The notes under the pieces are model-generated. The model saw nothing but the letters and a program-made list of their open reading frames with translations. It was not told where the DNA came from and made no database searches. A program made the translations under genes and the position numbers. From Alphaproteobacteria bacterium (GTDB taxonomy: Bacteria; Pseudomonadota; Alphaproteobacteria; SP197), in assembly GCA_964291415.2 (NCBI GenBank), contig OZ219920.1:192001-256000 (forward strand): a stretch of 64,000 nucleotides of DNA, read 5' to 3'. Position 1 is the first letter of the stretch. Each line of letters starts with the position of its first letter. Positions 54,267 through 63,748 of the stretch are shown piece by piece.

Positions 54267-56678
54267 GTGCAGGATCATGTCAGGGTTGTCATCATCGGTG
54301 GCGGGGTGGTCGGCTGTTCCATCCTCTTCCACCTTGCCAGGCACGGGTGGAAGGAGACCCTGCTCCTGGAGAGAAGCGAACTCACGTCGGGGTCGTCCTG
54401 GCATGCTGCGGGACAGATTCACACCATCTCCTCGGATCCCAACATCTCGAGGCTCCAGGGATACACGATCAATCTCTACGCCGAACTCGAGGAGCTGTCC
54501 GGTCAGTCCGTGGGGCTCCACAACACCGGCGGCTTCTATCTCGCCTCCAACGACGCCTGGCACGACTATCTCAAGCGGGAGCGGTCCAAGGCGCGGTACA
54601 TGGGTCTGGACCAGGAGTTCATCAGTGTCGAGGAAGCGGCCAGGCGCCATCCGCTGATCGATCCCTCCCGCTACATTGCAGCCCTGTGGGATCCACTTGA
54701 TGGCGACATTGACCCCTCTGGTGTGACCCATGCCTACGCGCGGGCAGCGCGCGTCCTTGGCGCGGACTACTCCACGCACACCCCGGTCGTGGAAACCAGG
54801 CAACGTGCCGACGGCACGTGGGACGTGGTGACGCAGACCGGCACCGTTCACGCCGAACACGTGGTCAACGCAGCCGGGCTGTGGGCGCGCGAGGTGGGAC
54901 GGATGGCCGGCATTCACCTGCCCGTCCAGCCCATGGAGCACCACTACCTCATCACCGAGGACATTCCGGAGATCGTCGAGCGGGAGGAACGTTTGCCGGC
55001 CGGGATCGACTACGAAGGCAACATGTACTTCCGCCAGGAACGAAACGGCATGTTGCTCGGCACCTACGAGCCCCATGCCACCCCCTGGTCCGTTGACGGA
55101 ACCCCGGCTGACTTCGGCCACGAACTCCTGCAACCGCAGCTCGACAACATTGCCGAGAGGCTGGAGCTCGGTTTCGAGCGCATTCCCGCGCTCCGCGAGG
55201 CCGGTATCAAGAATATCATCAACGGTCCGTTCACGTTCGGTCCCGATGGCAATCCGATGATCGGACCTGTCCCGGGCATGAGAAACTACTGGGTGGCCGT
55301 CGGCGTGATGGCCGGATTCTGCCAGGCGGGAGGTGTGGGTCTGTGCATGGCCGAGTGGATGATCTCGGGCGAACCCTCGATCGATGTCTGGGCCATGGAC
55401 ATCGCGCGCTTCGGCGATTTCGCGACACCGGACTGGGGAACCACCAAGAGCGCCGAGAACTACGAACGCCGGTTCGTCATGACCTTCCCCAACGAAACGC
55501 TGCCCAAGGGACGCCGCCAGATGACGACGGCGCTCTATGACAGGCTCACCACGAGGGGAGCCGTCTGGGATCAGGCGTTCGGCCTGGAGCATGCGCTGTG
55601 GTTTGCCGATGGTCCCGACGACGCTTTCGAGGACCCGACCTTCCGGCGTTCGAGGGCCCATGCCTACGTCGCCAGGGAAGTCGATGCGGTGCGCACGAAG
55701 GTCGGGGCCATCGAGATCGCCAACTTTGCCAAGCACGAGTTTCGCGGTCCGGGAGCGAGATCCATGCTCGACCGTCTGCTCGCCGGGCGCGTGCCGGGAC
55801 CGGGACGACTGACCCTGACGCCGATGCTGACCGCGAAGGGCAAGCTCGGCGGCGACCTGACGGTGGCCTGTCTGGCGGAAGACCGGTTTGTCGTCATCGG
55901 GTCAGGCGTGATGCAGAACGCCCATCGCCGCTGGTTCGAGGCGGCGCTCCCGGAAGCCGGCGTCGCCTATCGCAACATTTCGGCGGACCTTCACGGCATC
56001 GCGTTGTCGGGCCCCTCGTCGAGAGACGTGCTGGCGGCGCTCACCCGTGACGATGTATCGGCCGGAGCGCTCAGGTTCCGCGATTCCCGTGAGACGGTCG
56101 TGGGCGGCGTACCCGTGCTTCTCAATCGTATCTCGTTTTCCGGCGAACTCGGCTACGAGATCTACACCGCGCCGTCCTACCTGCTGCGGCTTGCCGAAGA
56201 GGTCGAGAGGGCGGGGGTCGATCATGGCCTGCGCTGGTACGGCGCCCGGGCCCTGATGAGCCTGCGCCTCGAGAAGTCATGGGGGGTGTGGGGCCTCGAC
56301 TACCGGCCCGATTTCACGGCTGGAGAGAGTGGCCTTGATGTCTTCATTGACTGGACGAAGGACTTCGTCGGCAAGGAGGCGGCTCTGAGGATGAGGGAAG
56401 AGGGGCCCTCACGGAAGCTCGTCACGATGAGGGTCGAGACCGACGACATCGACGTCTCGGCGGACGAAGCGATTCTCAAGGATGGCGAGGCTGTCGGATA
56501 CGTGTCGTCCGGGGGGTTCGCCCACAATTCGAAGGCATCGGTGGCCATGGGCTACGTGCCGACGGAACTCGCCCAGGGCGATACGGCGCTGGAGGTCGAG
56601 ATCAACGGCGAACGCTATCCGGCCCGGATCCTCGGGCAGTGTCTCTGGGATGCCAACGGCGGACGCATGCGCTCCTGA
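54267..56678 (+). CDS. Dimethylglycine/sarcosine dehydrogenase-like FAD oxidoreductase with GcvT folate domain
   Basis: IGGGVVG, ELTSGSSWHAAG (flavinylation His), NGPFTFGPDG, SFSGELGYEI and SLRLEK motifs. Confidence 0.93.
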   Translation: MQDHVRVVIIGGGVVGCSILFHLARHGWKETLLLERSELTSGSSWHAAGQIHTISSDPNISRLQGYTINLYAELEELSGQSVGLHNTGGFYLASNDAWHDYLKRERSKARYMGLDQEFISVEEAARRHPLIDPSRYIAALWDPLDGDIDPSGVTHAYARAARVLGADYSTHTPVVETRQRADGTWDVVTQTGTVHAEHVVNAAGLWAREVGRMAGIHLPVQPMEHHYLITEDIPEIVEREERLPAGIDYEGNMYFRQERNGMLLGTYEPHATPWSVDGTPADFGHELLQPQLDNIAERLELGFERIPALREAGIKNIINGPFTFGPDGNPMIGPVPGMRNYWVAVGVMAGFCQAGGVGLCMAEWMISGEPSIDVWAMDIARFGDFATPDWGTTKSAENYERRFVMTFPNETLPKGRRQMTTALYDRLTTRGAVWDQAFGLEHALWFADGPDDAFEDPTFRRSRAHAYVAREVDAVRTKVGAIEIANFAKHEFRGPGARSMLDRLLAGRVPGPGRLTLTPMLTAKGKLGGDLTVACLAEDRFVVIGSGVMQNAHRRWFEAALPEAGVAYRNISADLHGIALSGPSSRDVLAALTRDDVSAGALRFRDSRETVVGGVPVLLNRISFSGELGYEIYTAPSYLLRLAEEVERAGVDHGLRWYGARALMSLRLEKSWGVWGLDYRPDFTAGESGLDVFIDWTKDFVGKEAALRMREEGPSRKLVTMRVETDDIDVSADEAILKDGEAVGYVSSGGFAHNSKASVAMGYVPTELAQGDTALEVEINGERYPARILGQCLWDANGGRMRS

Positions 56679-57782
56679 TCAGGGGAAGGCGGCAACGGGA
56701 CGACCGAGGCTGTGGTAGTCGGGTTCGACCCCAAGCCCTGGAGTATCGGGGGCGAAGAGCCGGCCGCCGGCGACCCGGGGCGCCGGCGTACCGGAAGAGG
56801 TCGTGTTGTAGTTGTGAAGGTCCGTGGTGCTCAGCTGGAAGGCGGCTGGTGTCGATGCGGCGAAGTGAGCGCAGGCGGCCGTGCAGATCTCGCCACCCCA
56901 TGTGTCCTCCGAGACAACCTCGATGCCGTGCGCCACGAGGAAGTCGCGCGCCCGGCGGGCTCGTGAGAGGCCGCCAAGGTTGGAGATCTTCAGGCACACG
57001 ACTTCGGCCGAGCGATCGGCGACGATGCGCGCAGCAACGTCGAGACCGGTGACACATTCATCAAGCTTCATCGGGTGATCACAGCGCCTGCGCACCTGCA
57101 GGCATTCGTCATACGTGAGGCACGGCTGTTCGATGATGACGTCAACGTCACGGACGGCGCGGACCACGCGCACCGCGTCGCGAACCGAATACGCGGTGTT
57201 GGCGTCCGCGAAGACCGTTTCCCCCGGCCGAAGCAGGCCGGCAACGGTGCGAATCCGCTCGATGTCGCTGTCGGGATCCTGACCGACCTTGATCTGGAAC
57301 TGGCGGTAGCCCGCCTGCCGGTGACTCTCCATCTCCTCGAGGGTTGCCTCGAGCGGCTTCTGGGGCACCACCCGGTACATGGGCGCACCGTCCGTCAGCC
57401 TGCCTCCCAGGAGTGTCGACACCGGCAGTCCGACAGTCTTGCCAAGGATGTCCCAGCACGCGGCATCGAAGGCGGACTTGGCGTAGCCGTGCCCCTTGAG
57501 AGCCATGTCCATGGCCTGTTCAACGGCGCCGGTCTGCAACGGATCAAGACCGATGACCGCGCGGGCAAGAGTTGGCGCGGCGGCGAGAATGCCTGGCGCA
57601 TGGGCGGCAAGGTACGTGGCGCCGAGCGGGCACGATTCGCCGCATCCCTCGAGACCGCTGTCGGTTTCGAGGACCACCACCGTCGTCCTTGCAACCTCGA
57701 GACTGCATCCCGGTCCCCAGTCGTAGCGGCCGCCGACATAGGGCAGATTCATCTGGTAGACCCTGACGGCCGCGATCTTCAT
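56679..57782 (-). CDS. Enolase-superfamily (MLE subgroup) enzyme, cis-3-hydroxy-L-proline dehydratase / betaine epimerase-like
   Basis: GESCPLG..Y, FQIKVG, metal ligands DAN, EQPC and LDE, LKIS, EDTWGG. Confidence 0.85.
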   Translation of the reverse strand: MKIAAVRVYQMNLPYVGGRYDWGPGCSLEVARTTVVVLETDSGLEGCGESCPLGATYLAAHAPGILAAAPTLARAVIGLDPLQTGAVEQAMDMALKGHGYAKSAFDAACWDILGKTVGLPVSTLLGGRLTDGAPMYRVVPQKPLEATLEEMESHRQAGYRQFQIKVGQDPDSDIERIRTVAGLLRPGETVFADANTAYSVRDAVRVVRAVRDVDVIIEQPCLTYDECLQVRRRCDHPMKLDECVTGLDVAARIVADRSAEVVCLKISNLGGLSRARRARDFLVAHGIEVVSEDTWGGEICTAACAHFAASTPAAFQLSTTDLHNYNTTSSGTPAPRVAGGRLFAPDTPGLGVEPDYHSLGRPVAAFP

Positions 57783-57959
57783 GACCCCGGCCTCCCACCC
57801 CGCACGAAGCCGATCGCGCCATGCCCGGCCTTGTCCGGGCAGGATCGCCGGTCGTCTCCGGTGCAAGGGGGCAGGAACGGGATGGTCAAGTGGTCGCGCA
57901 TGTCGCCGTGCAACCGGCCGTAACCCGGCGCAGGGCGTGCCCCATGGCGCCGGTTCGGG

Positions 57960-58652
57960 TTACCGCCGTTCGTACTGTGCACTGCCGAACAGGATGTCGC
58001 GCTCCTCATCCGTCATCTCGGCGGAGCGCTGACGGTCGCTCAGGACCGCGCAGCCGCGAACGACCGCAGGGCGCTCCTCCAGGCGTTGCTGCCAACGGAC
58101 CACGTTCGGGTAGTCTGCCGGGTCAACCCCCTGCCGTTCGATGGAGCGCGTCCAGGGATAGGTCGCCATGTCGGCAATCGAGTAGTCTCCTGCCATGTAG
58201 TCGGCTTCGCCCAGCCTCTTGTCGAGCACGCCGTAGAGGCGTCCGGTCTCGTTCGTGTAGCGATCGATGGCGTAGGCGATTGGTTCGGGCGCGTAGTTGC
58301 GAAAATGATGGCACTGGCCAAACATGGGCCCGATGCCGCCCATCTGGAACATCAGCCATTGCATGACGAGCGTGCGGCCGCGGGTATCATCAGGCATGAA
58401 GCGGCCGGTCTTGCCGGCGAGGTAGACGAGGATGGCGCCCGATTCGAAGATGCTGATCGCCTCGCCATCAGGTCCGTCGTGGTCGACGATGGCCGGCATC
58501 CTGTTGTTGGGGCTGATGGCAAGGAATGCGGGATCGAACTGGTCGCCGCGGCCGATGTCGACGGGGATGACACGGTAGGCGAGGCCGGTTTCCTCGAGCA
58601 TGATGTGGACCTTGTGTCCGTTGGGAGTCGGCCATGTGTGGAGGTCGATCAT
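57960..58652 (-). CDS. Glutathione S-transferase, YfcG/Nu class
   Basis: WPTPNGHK, ISPNNRMPAI, FESGAIL and FQMGGIGPMFGQ motifs. Confidence 0.93.
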   Translation of the reverse strand: MIDLHTWPTPNGHKVHIMLEETGLAYRVIPVDIGRGDQFDPAFLAISPNNRMPAIVDHDGPDGEAISIFESGAILVYLAGKTGRFMPDDTRGRTLVMQWLMFQMGGIGPMFGQCHHFRNYAPEPIAYAIDRYTNETGRLYGVLDKRLGEADYMAGDYSIADMATYPWTRSIERQGVDPADYPNVVRWQQRLEERPAVVRGCAVLSDRQRSAEMTDEERDILFGSAQYERR

Positions 58653-59758
58653 CGCTGTCTCCAGGCGTCCAGTTTGTGCGCCACGAGCCTTGCGATGGCC
58701 AGGGATGCTGTCAATCCCGGTGATTCAATCCCGAAGAGATTCACGATGCCGCCTACTCCGTGATCCGCAGGACCGTCGATCCGGAAATCCGAGTCCCCCG
58801 ATGTCCCGAGCTTGGGACGGATGCCACTGTAGTCGGGAGCCAGGGCATCGTCTGGAAGGCCGGGCCAGTAGCGGCGCACGGCATCACGGAAGGCGAGTGC
58901 ACGGGCCGGATCGACGTCATAGGAGGTGTCGCGCACCCATTCGACGTCCGGTCCAAACCGGCAGCGTCCGGCAAGATCGAGGGTGGCGTGAACTCCCAGG
59001 CCACCGGCGACCGGTGTCGGATAGACGAGCCGGGAGAAGGGAGAGGGGCCTGACAAGGTGAAATAGCTGCCCTTGGCGAGATGGAGCGCGGGAACATGAA
59101 GGGGGTCGAGCCCCGTTGTCACCGATGCGAGGTGCTGCGCTCCGAGACCGGCGGCATTCACCAGTTCGCGCGCCTCCAGGTTCATGGTCTCCTTGCCGCC
59201 GACCGAGAGAATCAGGCCACTTCCGCTGGGCACAATGCTTCGCACGGGGGCGCCCAGAGCCAGCCAGGCGCCGGCTGCCTCAGCCTCTCCCAGCAAGGCC
59301 AGCATCAGGCCGTGGCTGTCGATGATGCCGGTTGACGGTGACAGGAGGGCGCCGCGCGTTTCCAGTTCGGGCTCAAGAACCGCCACGTCCGCTCGCTCCA
59401 GGCTCAACAGATCGTCAACGCCGTTGGCGGTGGCCCGCTGCCTGAGCCGCGAGAGAACGTCACGATCGTCGTCACTGGCGGCAACGATCAGCTTGCCACA
59501 GGTGCGGAACGCCACATGGCGCGACCGGCAGTAGTCATAGAGCAGGGTCCTGCCGGCGACACACAGGCGGGCTTTCAGGCTTCCCGGCGGATAGTAGATG
59601 CCGGCGTGGATGACTTCGCTGTTGCGCGACGAGATGCCGGTTCCCAAGGCGTCGGCGGCGTCCAGCAGCATGACTTCGCGTCCGCTGTTGGCCAGGGCAC
59701 GCGCTACCGCCAGACCGATGACGCCGGCGCCGACGACGACCGTTTCAACGCTCTCCAC
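58649..59758 (-). CDS. L-2-hydroxyglutarate dehydrogenase-like FAD oxidoreductase
   Basis: GAGVIG, SSRNSEVIHAGIYY, GKLIVA, GIRPK and GIESPGLT motifs. Confidence 0.9.
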   Translation of the reverse strand: MESVETVVVGAGVIGLAVARALANSGREVMLLDAADALGTGISSRNSEVIHAGIYYPPGSLKARLCVAGRTLLYDYCRSRHVAFRTCGKLIVAASDDDRDVLSRLRQRATANGVDDLLSLERADVAVLEPELETRGALLSPSTGIIDSHGLMLALLGEAEAAGAWLALGAPVRSIVPSGSGLILSVGGKETMNLEARELVNAAGLGAQHLASVTTGLDPLHVPALHLAKGSYFTLSGPSPFSRLVYPTPVAGGLGVHATLDLAGRCRFGPDVEWVRDTSYDVDPARALAFRDAVRRYWPGLPDDALAPDYSGIRPKLGTSGDSDFRIDGPADHGVGGIVNLFGIESPGLTASLAIARLVAHKLDAWRQR

Positions 59759-59957
59759 GCGATTTCTGTCCCCTTGCTGGTTCCGGATCCGACCGACGGC
59801 CACCAGGGCTGATCTGCCGCTTGCGGGGGCCATGGCCCGTCCCCGGTGTTGAGTGTCGGCGTCACAGGTGCGACAACACGAGCCGGCAGGATGGCCATGC
59901 GCGCCCTCTTATGGCAAGCGCATCCCCGCTTTCGAGATTCCGGCGGCCAGGAGGTTC

Positions 59958-60854
59958 ATGCGACAACTCGTCTACGTCTTCGCTGTCATCGTTCAGGGTA
60001 CCGCATGGGGCGCCCAGTTCGCGATGCTCAAACTTGCCGCCGAGGGAGGTTACGGCGAGTTGACGGTTCTGGTCATCGCCATGTTTCTCGTCAGCTCCAG
60101 CTACTTCGTGATTCTCCTGGTGCGCCGGTCCCCGTTTCGCCTGACGGCGAAGTCAATCGAGTTCTTCACCATCACCGGGTTGCTCGGCTATGTCCTGCCC
60201 CTGGCGGCCGTGCTGCATGCCGCACCGCACCTGCCGGCGGGCGTCATCACGCTGATTGTCTGTTTCACGCCGATGGTCTCGATCGTCGTAGCGCTCCTTG
60301 CCCGGACAGAACGGGTGTCGCGAACCAGGCTGGTGGCGGTGGCGCTGGGCATGGCCGCTGCCGTCATGGTGCTGGCGCCACAGCTTTCCCTGCCGGGACT
60401 GGGGGTCCTGGAATGGATGCTGCTCGTTGGCTTCGTACCGCTTTGCTACGGGATCGAGTCTATCTATATCGACAGGCGCTGGCCGGAGGGTTTCGACATC
60501 TGGCAGGTCGGATTTGGCGAGGCCGCCGCCGCCCTGATTCTCGTGACGCCGCTGCTCGTCGTCGTCGGCGAACCGTGGCCGGGTCTTGCGTGGACCACGG
60601 CCGAGCTCGGCATCGTTCTCTTTTCCCTGATCGGTCTTGTCGAGATCATCATCTACTTCTGGCTCATCAACAGGACCGGCGGGGTGCTGGTCAATTTCAG
60701 CGTGTTCGCCGCCCTGTTTGCCGGCATCGCCTGGGGCATGATCATCTTCGGCGAACGCCACGACATGCTGGTCTGGGGCGCCGCCGCCGTGTTGCTGGCG
60801 GCCATGGCACTGCTGTCTCGCGAGACCGTGAAGGAGGCCGGGGCCGCCGGTTGA
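59958..60854 (+). CDS. DMT/EamA family transporter
   Basis: About ten TM helices, RTERV and IFGER motifs. SD AGGAGG. Confidence 0.88.
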   Translation: MRQLVYVFAVIVQGTAWGAQFAMLKLAAEGGYGELTVLVIAMFLVSSSYFVILLVRRSPFRLTAKSIEFFTITGLLGYVLPLAAVLHAAPHLPAGVITLIVCFTPMVSIVVALLARTERVSRTRLVAVALGMAAAVMVLAPQLSLPGLGVLEWMLLVGFVPLCYGIESIYIDRRWPEGFDIWQVGFGEAAAALILVTPLLVVVGEPWPGLAWTTAELGIVLFSLIGLVEIIIYFWLINRTGGVLVNFSVFAALFAGIAWGMIIFGERHDMLVWGAAAVLLAAMALLSRETVKEAGAAG

Positions 60855-60857
60855 CGC

Positions 60858-61967
60858 TCAGGACACAAGACTGCGGGCGATGACGACGTTCTGGATCTCC
60901 GTGGCGCCGTCGAGCCACTGGGCCATCCGGGCGCAGGCAAGGTGGCGTGCCAGGGAGTGACCGTCATCGCCACGGAATCCCCGGGCGCCCATGACCTGCA
61001 TGCAGTCGCTGATCGCCTTCCAGGCCACCCGCGTGGCGAACTTCTTGGCATGGGCGCATGCCACCTGGACATCCTCGCCGCTCTCGAAGGCGGCGGTGGC
61101 ATCGCGGGTCAGCAATCGGGCCGCCCTGAGATCCGTTGCCGCGTCGGCCAGCATCCACTGCACCCCCTGAAAGTCACCGATCGTGCGGCCGAAGGCGTCC
61201 CGGGAGGCCACGGCATCGAGCGCCTGGTCAAGCGCCGCCTTCACCATGCCACAGCACATGGCGGCCACTCCGGCCCGGGCGGCATTGATGCCTCGCATCG
61301 CGGTCCGGAAGGCATCGCCGGGGGCGAGGATCATCGCCGCGTGCTCCACCCGTGCGGACGAAAAGCTGAATCCGCACACCCCGGCGGAATGGCCACCGAG
61401 AAGCGTGTAGGGGTCGGTTCGTGCAACACCCGGGGTGTCGGCGTCGACGAGGAACCCGGCGATGCCGCGCCACCCCAGGGAAGGATCGGTCTGCAGGAAG
61501 ACCAGCAGGACGCCCGCCGCCATGCCATTGGTGACCCAGGCCTTTTCTCCGTCGAGCACCCAGTGATCGCCATCCGCACGCGCCGATGCGGTGATCGCCG
61601 CGGCATCGCTGCCGGCACCGGGCTCGGTGAGAAGGAACGCGCCGATCCGCCTTGCATGGAGGAGATCGTCAAGATGGCGCGAGATGAGATCATCCCTTCC
61701 GGACCGGACAAGACTGGCCGTCATGTTGGCGTGGACCTTGAGGGCGAAGGCATGGCCAAAGTCTTCGCCGGCAATGCGCGAGACAACATCACAGGCCTCG
61801 CCGAGCGCCAGTCCGAGCCCCCCTTGTTCCCGCGGGACCAGCATGCCGGCCAGTCCCGATCGACCCGCCTCGCGCATCGCCTCGAGGGGATAGCGCCTGG
61901 CGCTTTCCCAGGCAGCAGCATCTCGGGCGACGCGAGCGCAGTGGGCCTCGAGCGCGGAACCGTCCAT
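60858..61967 (-). CDS. Acyl-CoA dehydrogenase family protein
   Basis: LTEPGAGSD, GEKAWVTNG, FGRTIGDFQGVQW.LAD and QVMGARG motifs. Confidence 0.93.
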   Translation of the reverse strand: MDGSALEAHCARVARDAAAWESARRYPLEAMREAGRSGLAGMLVPREQGGLGLALGEACDVVSRIAGEDFGHAFALKVHANMTASLVRSGRDDLISRHLDDLLHARRIGAFLLTEPGAGSDAAAITASARADGDHWVLDGEKAWVTNGMAAGVLLVFLQTDPSLGWRGIAGFLVDADTPGVARTDPYTLLGGHSAGVCGFSFSSARVEHAAMILAPGDAFRTAMRGINAARAGVAAMCCGMVKAALDQALDAVASRDAFGRTIGDFQGVQWMLADAATDLRAARLLTRDATAAFESGEDVQVACAHAKKFATRVAWKAISDCMQVMGARGFRGDDGHSLARHLACARMAQWLDGATEIQNVVIARSLVS

Positions 61968-62156
61968 TCGTTGCCCCCTCCTGACTGGCGGACTTGTGCA
62001 GCAATCCGCTGTGACCCACAAGTCCATAGGCAGACGTCTGGCCCGTGAACGGCGCGTGTGACCGGCGTTCCTCCCGCCAGGGTCTTCGATCCCGCGCGTC
62101 CACTCAGGGCCGAATGCGGATGACGAGCCGGGACAGTCCTTGTGAGCATCTGCGAG

Positions 62157-62185
62157 ATGTGTACAATGCGGTGAAATTTACACAT
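62157..62185. promoter_or_regulatory. Probable VapBC autoregulatory operator
   Basis: ATGTGTA-N15-TACACAT inverted repeat ending 9 nt before the vapB ATG. Confidence 0.7.
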
Positions 62186-62194
62186 AGGATAGAG

Positions 62195-62389
62195 ATGCGT
62201 ACCAATATCGACATTGATGACGCCCTGATGGCGAAGGTCATGGAGTCGGGCGAGTTCAAGACCAAGAAGGCGGCTGTCGAGGAAGGTCTGCGTCTGCTGG
62301 CTCAGGTGAGGACACAGGGGCGGATACGCGCGTTGCGTGGCCGGCTCAACTGGGAAGGCTCGCTCGACGCCATGCGGAAGGACCGATGA
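62195..62389 (+). CDS. vapB: VapB antitoxin (RHH/DUF2191 type)
   Basis: MRTNIDIDDALM...TKKAAVEEGLRLL...WEGSLDAMR. ATGA overlap with vapC. Confidence 0.92.
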   Translation: MRTNIDIDDALMAKVMESGEFKTKKAAVEEGLRLLAQVRTQGRIRALRGRLNWEGSLDAMRKDR

Positions 62390-62775
62390 TTGTTGTCGAT
62401 TCCTCAGTCTGGATCGACTACTTCAACGGCACGGACACGCGCGAGACGGCCTTGCTTGACGGCATTCTCGGCAAGGACGCGGTTGTCATCGGAGATCTTG
62501 TGATGGCCGAAGTCCTGCAGGGTTTTCGCGACGACCGCGAACTCCGCATCGCGCAGGCAGTGCTGGAGACGCTCTTCTTCCGGCCGATGGTCGGCCGCGC
62601 CAATGCCGTTGCGAGCATCGGAAACTATCGCACTCTGCGTGCCGCCGGCATTACCGTTCGCAAGACGATTGACATGTTGATTGCAACCTTCTGTATTGAG
62701 AACGGGCACAATTTGCTTCATGCGGACCGGGACTTTCTGCCCATGGAACGCCACCTGGGCCTTCGCACCTTATGA
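62386..62775 (+). CDS. vapC: VapC PIN-domain toxin
   Basis: IVVDSSVWID, EVLQG, TIDMLIA and LLHADRDF acidic tetrad. Confidence 0.94.
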   Translation: MIVVDSSVWIDYFNGTDTRETALLDGILGKDAVVIGDLVMAEVLQGFRDDRELRIAQAVLETLFFRPMVGRANAVASIGNYRTLRAAGITVRKTIDMLIATFCIENGHNLLHADRDFLPMERHLGLRTL

Positions 62776-62938
62776 GGTGTGCCGCGACTCGATGCAGGTT
62801 TCATTCGGAGTATCCGTGATGATCGCCATGTCATCGGGGAGGTATCGTTTTCATGATGGCATGCCACGCGGCGCTCCTGAGTTCCATCGAACGTGAGTTC
62901 GGAGATGCCCTGTTCTCTCGCCTGATGTCGATGGGACG

Positions 62939-63748
62939 ATGAGACCGGCTCTCCCGATCAGCCATCAGCCAGACCTCTTTGACGCGCGCGAAGAGGACGG
63001 GTCCAATGGCGATTCGTCGGCCGCGGTGCCCCCAAGGGACTACACGGACGAAGACCTGATCGCAGCGATTCCGATGGCAGGACTGTCGAATGTCGATGCT
63101 CTTTGCTCCGAGGCTGTTGCACGCTCCCTGGCGGCGGCGGTTCCGGCACTTGAAACGCTATGGCAGCGCTTCACCGGATTCGGCCCCAACACGCCGCATC
63201 GCCAGCAGCTGGCGGTCATCGACACCCTCGAGCGACTCGAAAGCGTGAGATCACATGCGGCGCTGCGGCGGATTGTGCTCTCAAGGACCTTGCCCGAATC
63301 TCTGCTGCCCGTGGCGCTGCAGGCGGCCATCCAGGCAAGGCTCGCCCTGCCCGCAAGGTTCGTCGAACCTCTCCTTGCCCATGACGAGGGCTCGGTGCGC
63401 CTAGCGGCGTTCTCCCTCGCTCTGTGGTCCGGCGTTGCCATCGACTGTCTCCGCGAGGGACTGCATGACCCCGCTGACGGGGTCCGTCGTCTGGCAGCCG
63501 TCGCGCTCGGGTTGCGCGGTGACGTCCAGGCCCGCCAACCCCTGATTCGGGAACTCTCGCGTTCTCCATCAACGGACGTCGTCGAGGCCATCACGGCAGT
63601 CTGGGATGACGACGTGATCGTGCACTTGGGGCGATGCGGGAATCGTCATCCACACCTCGCCGAAGCCGTGCTGGAGGCCCTGAACGATATCGGTACCGCA
63701 AGAGCTTTGACTGTTGCGGCCAAACTGCAGTCCGCCACCGGCGACTGA
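62939..63748 (+). CDS. HEAT-repeat protein of unknown function
   Basis: PLLAHDEGSVRLAA and GLHDPADGVRRLAAVALG HEAT/PBS-lyase-like repeats. N-terminal QPDLF. Confidence 0.8.
   Translation: MRPALPISHQPDLFDAREEDGSNGDSSAAVPPRDYTDEDLIAAIPMAGLSNVDALCSEAVARSLAAAVPALETLWQRFTGFGPNTPHRQQLAVIDTLERLESVRSHAALRRIVLSRTLPESLLPVALQAAIQARLALPARFVEPLLAHDEGSVRLAAFSLALWSGVAIDCLREGLHDPADGVRRLAAVALGLRGDVQARQPLIRELSRSPSTDVVEAITAVWDDDVIVHLGRCGNRHPHLAEAVLEALNDIGTARALTVAAKLQSATGD

Noticed and set aside
57822-57841. TGCCCGG-N6-CCGGGCA hairpin resembling alphaproteobacterial REP elements
   Set aside because: A single 7-bp GC stem with no second copy seen, which is likely by chance at this GC content.
62081-62106. TTCGATCCCGCGCGTCCAC resembling a tRNA/tmRNA 3' end (possible att remnant) before vapB
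   Set aside because: The T-stem pairing is broken, there is no CCA, and the match is too short to distinguish from chance.
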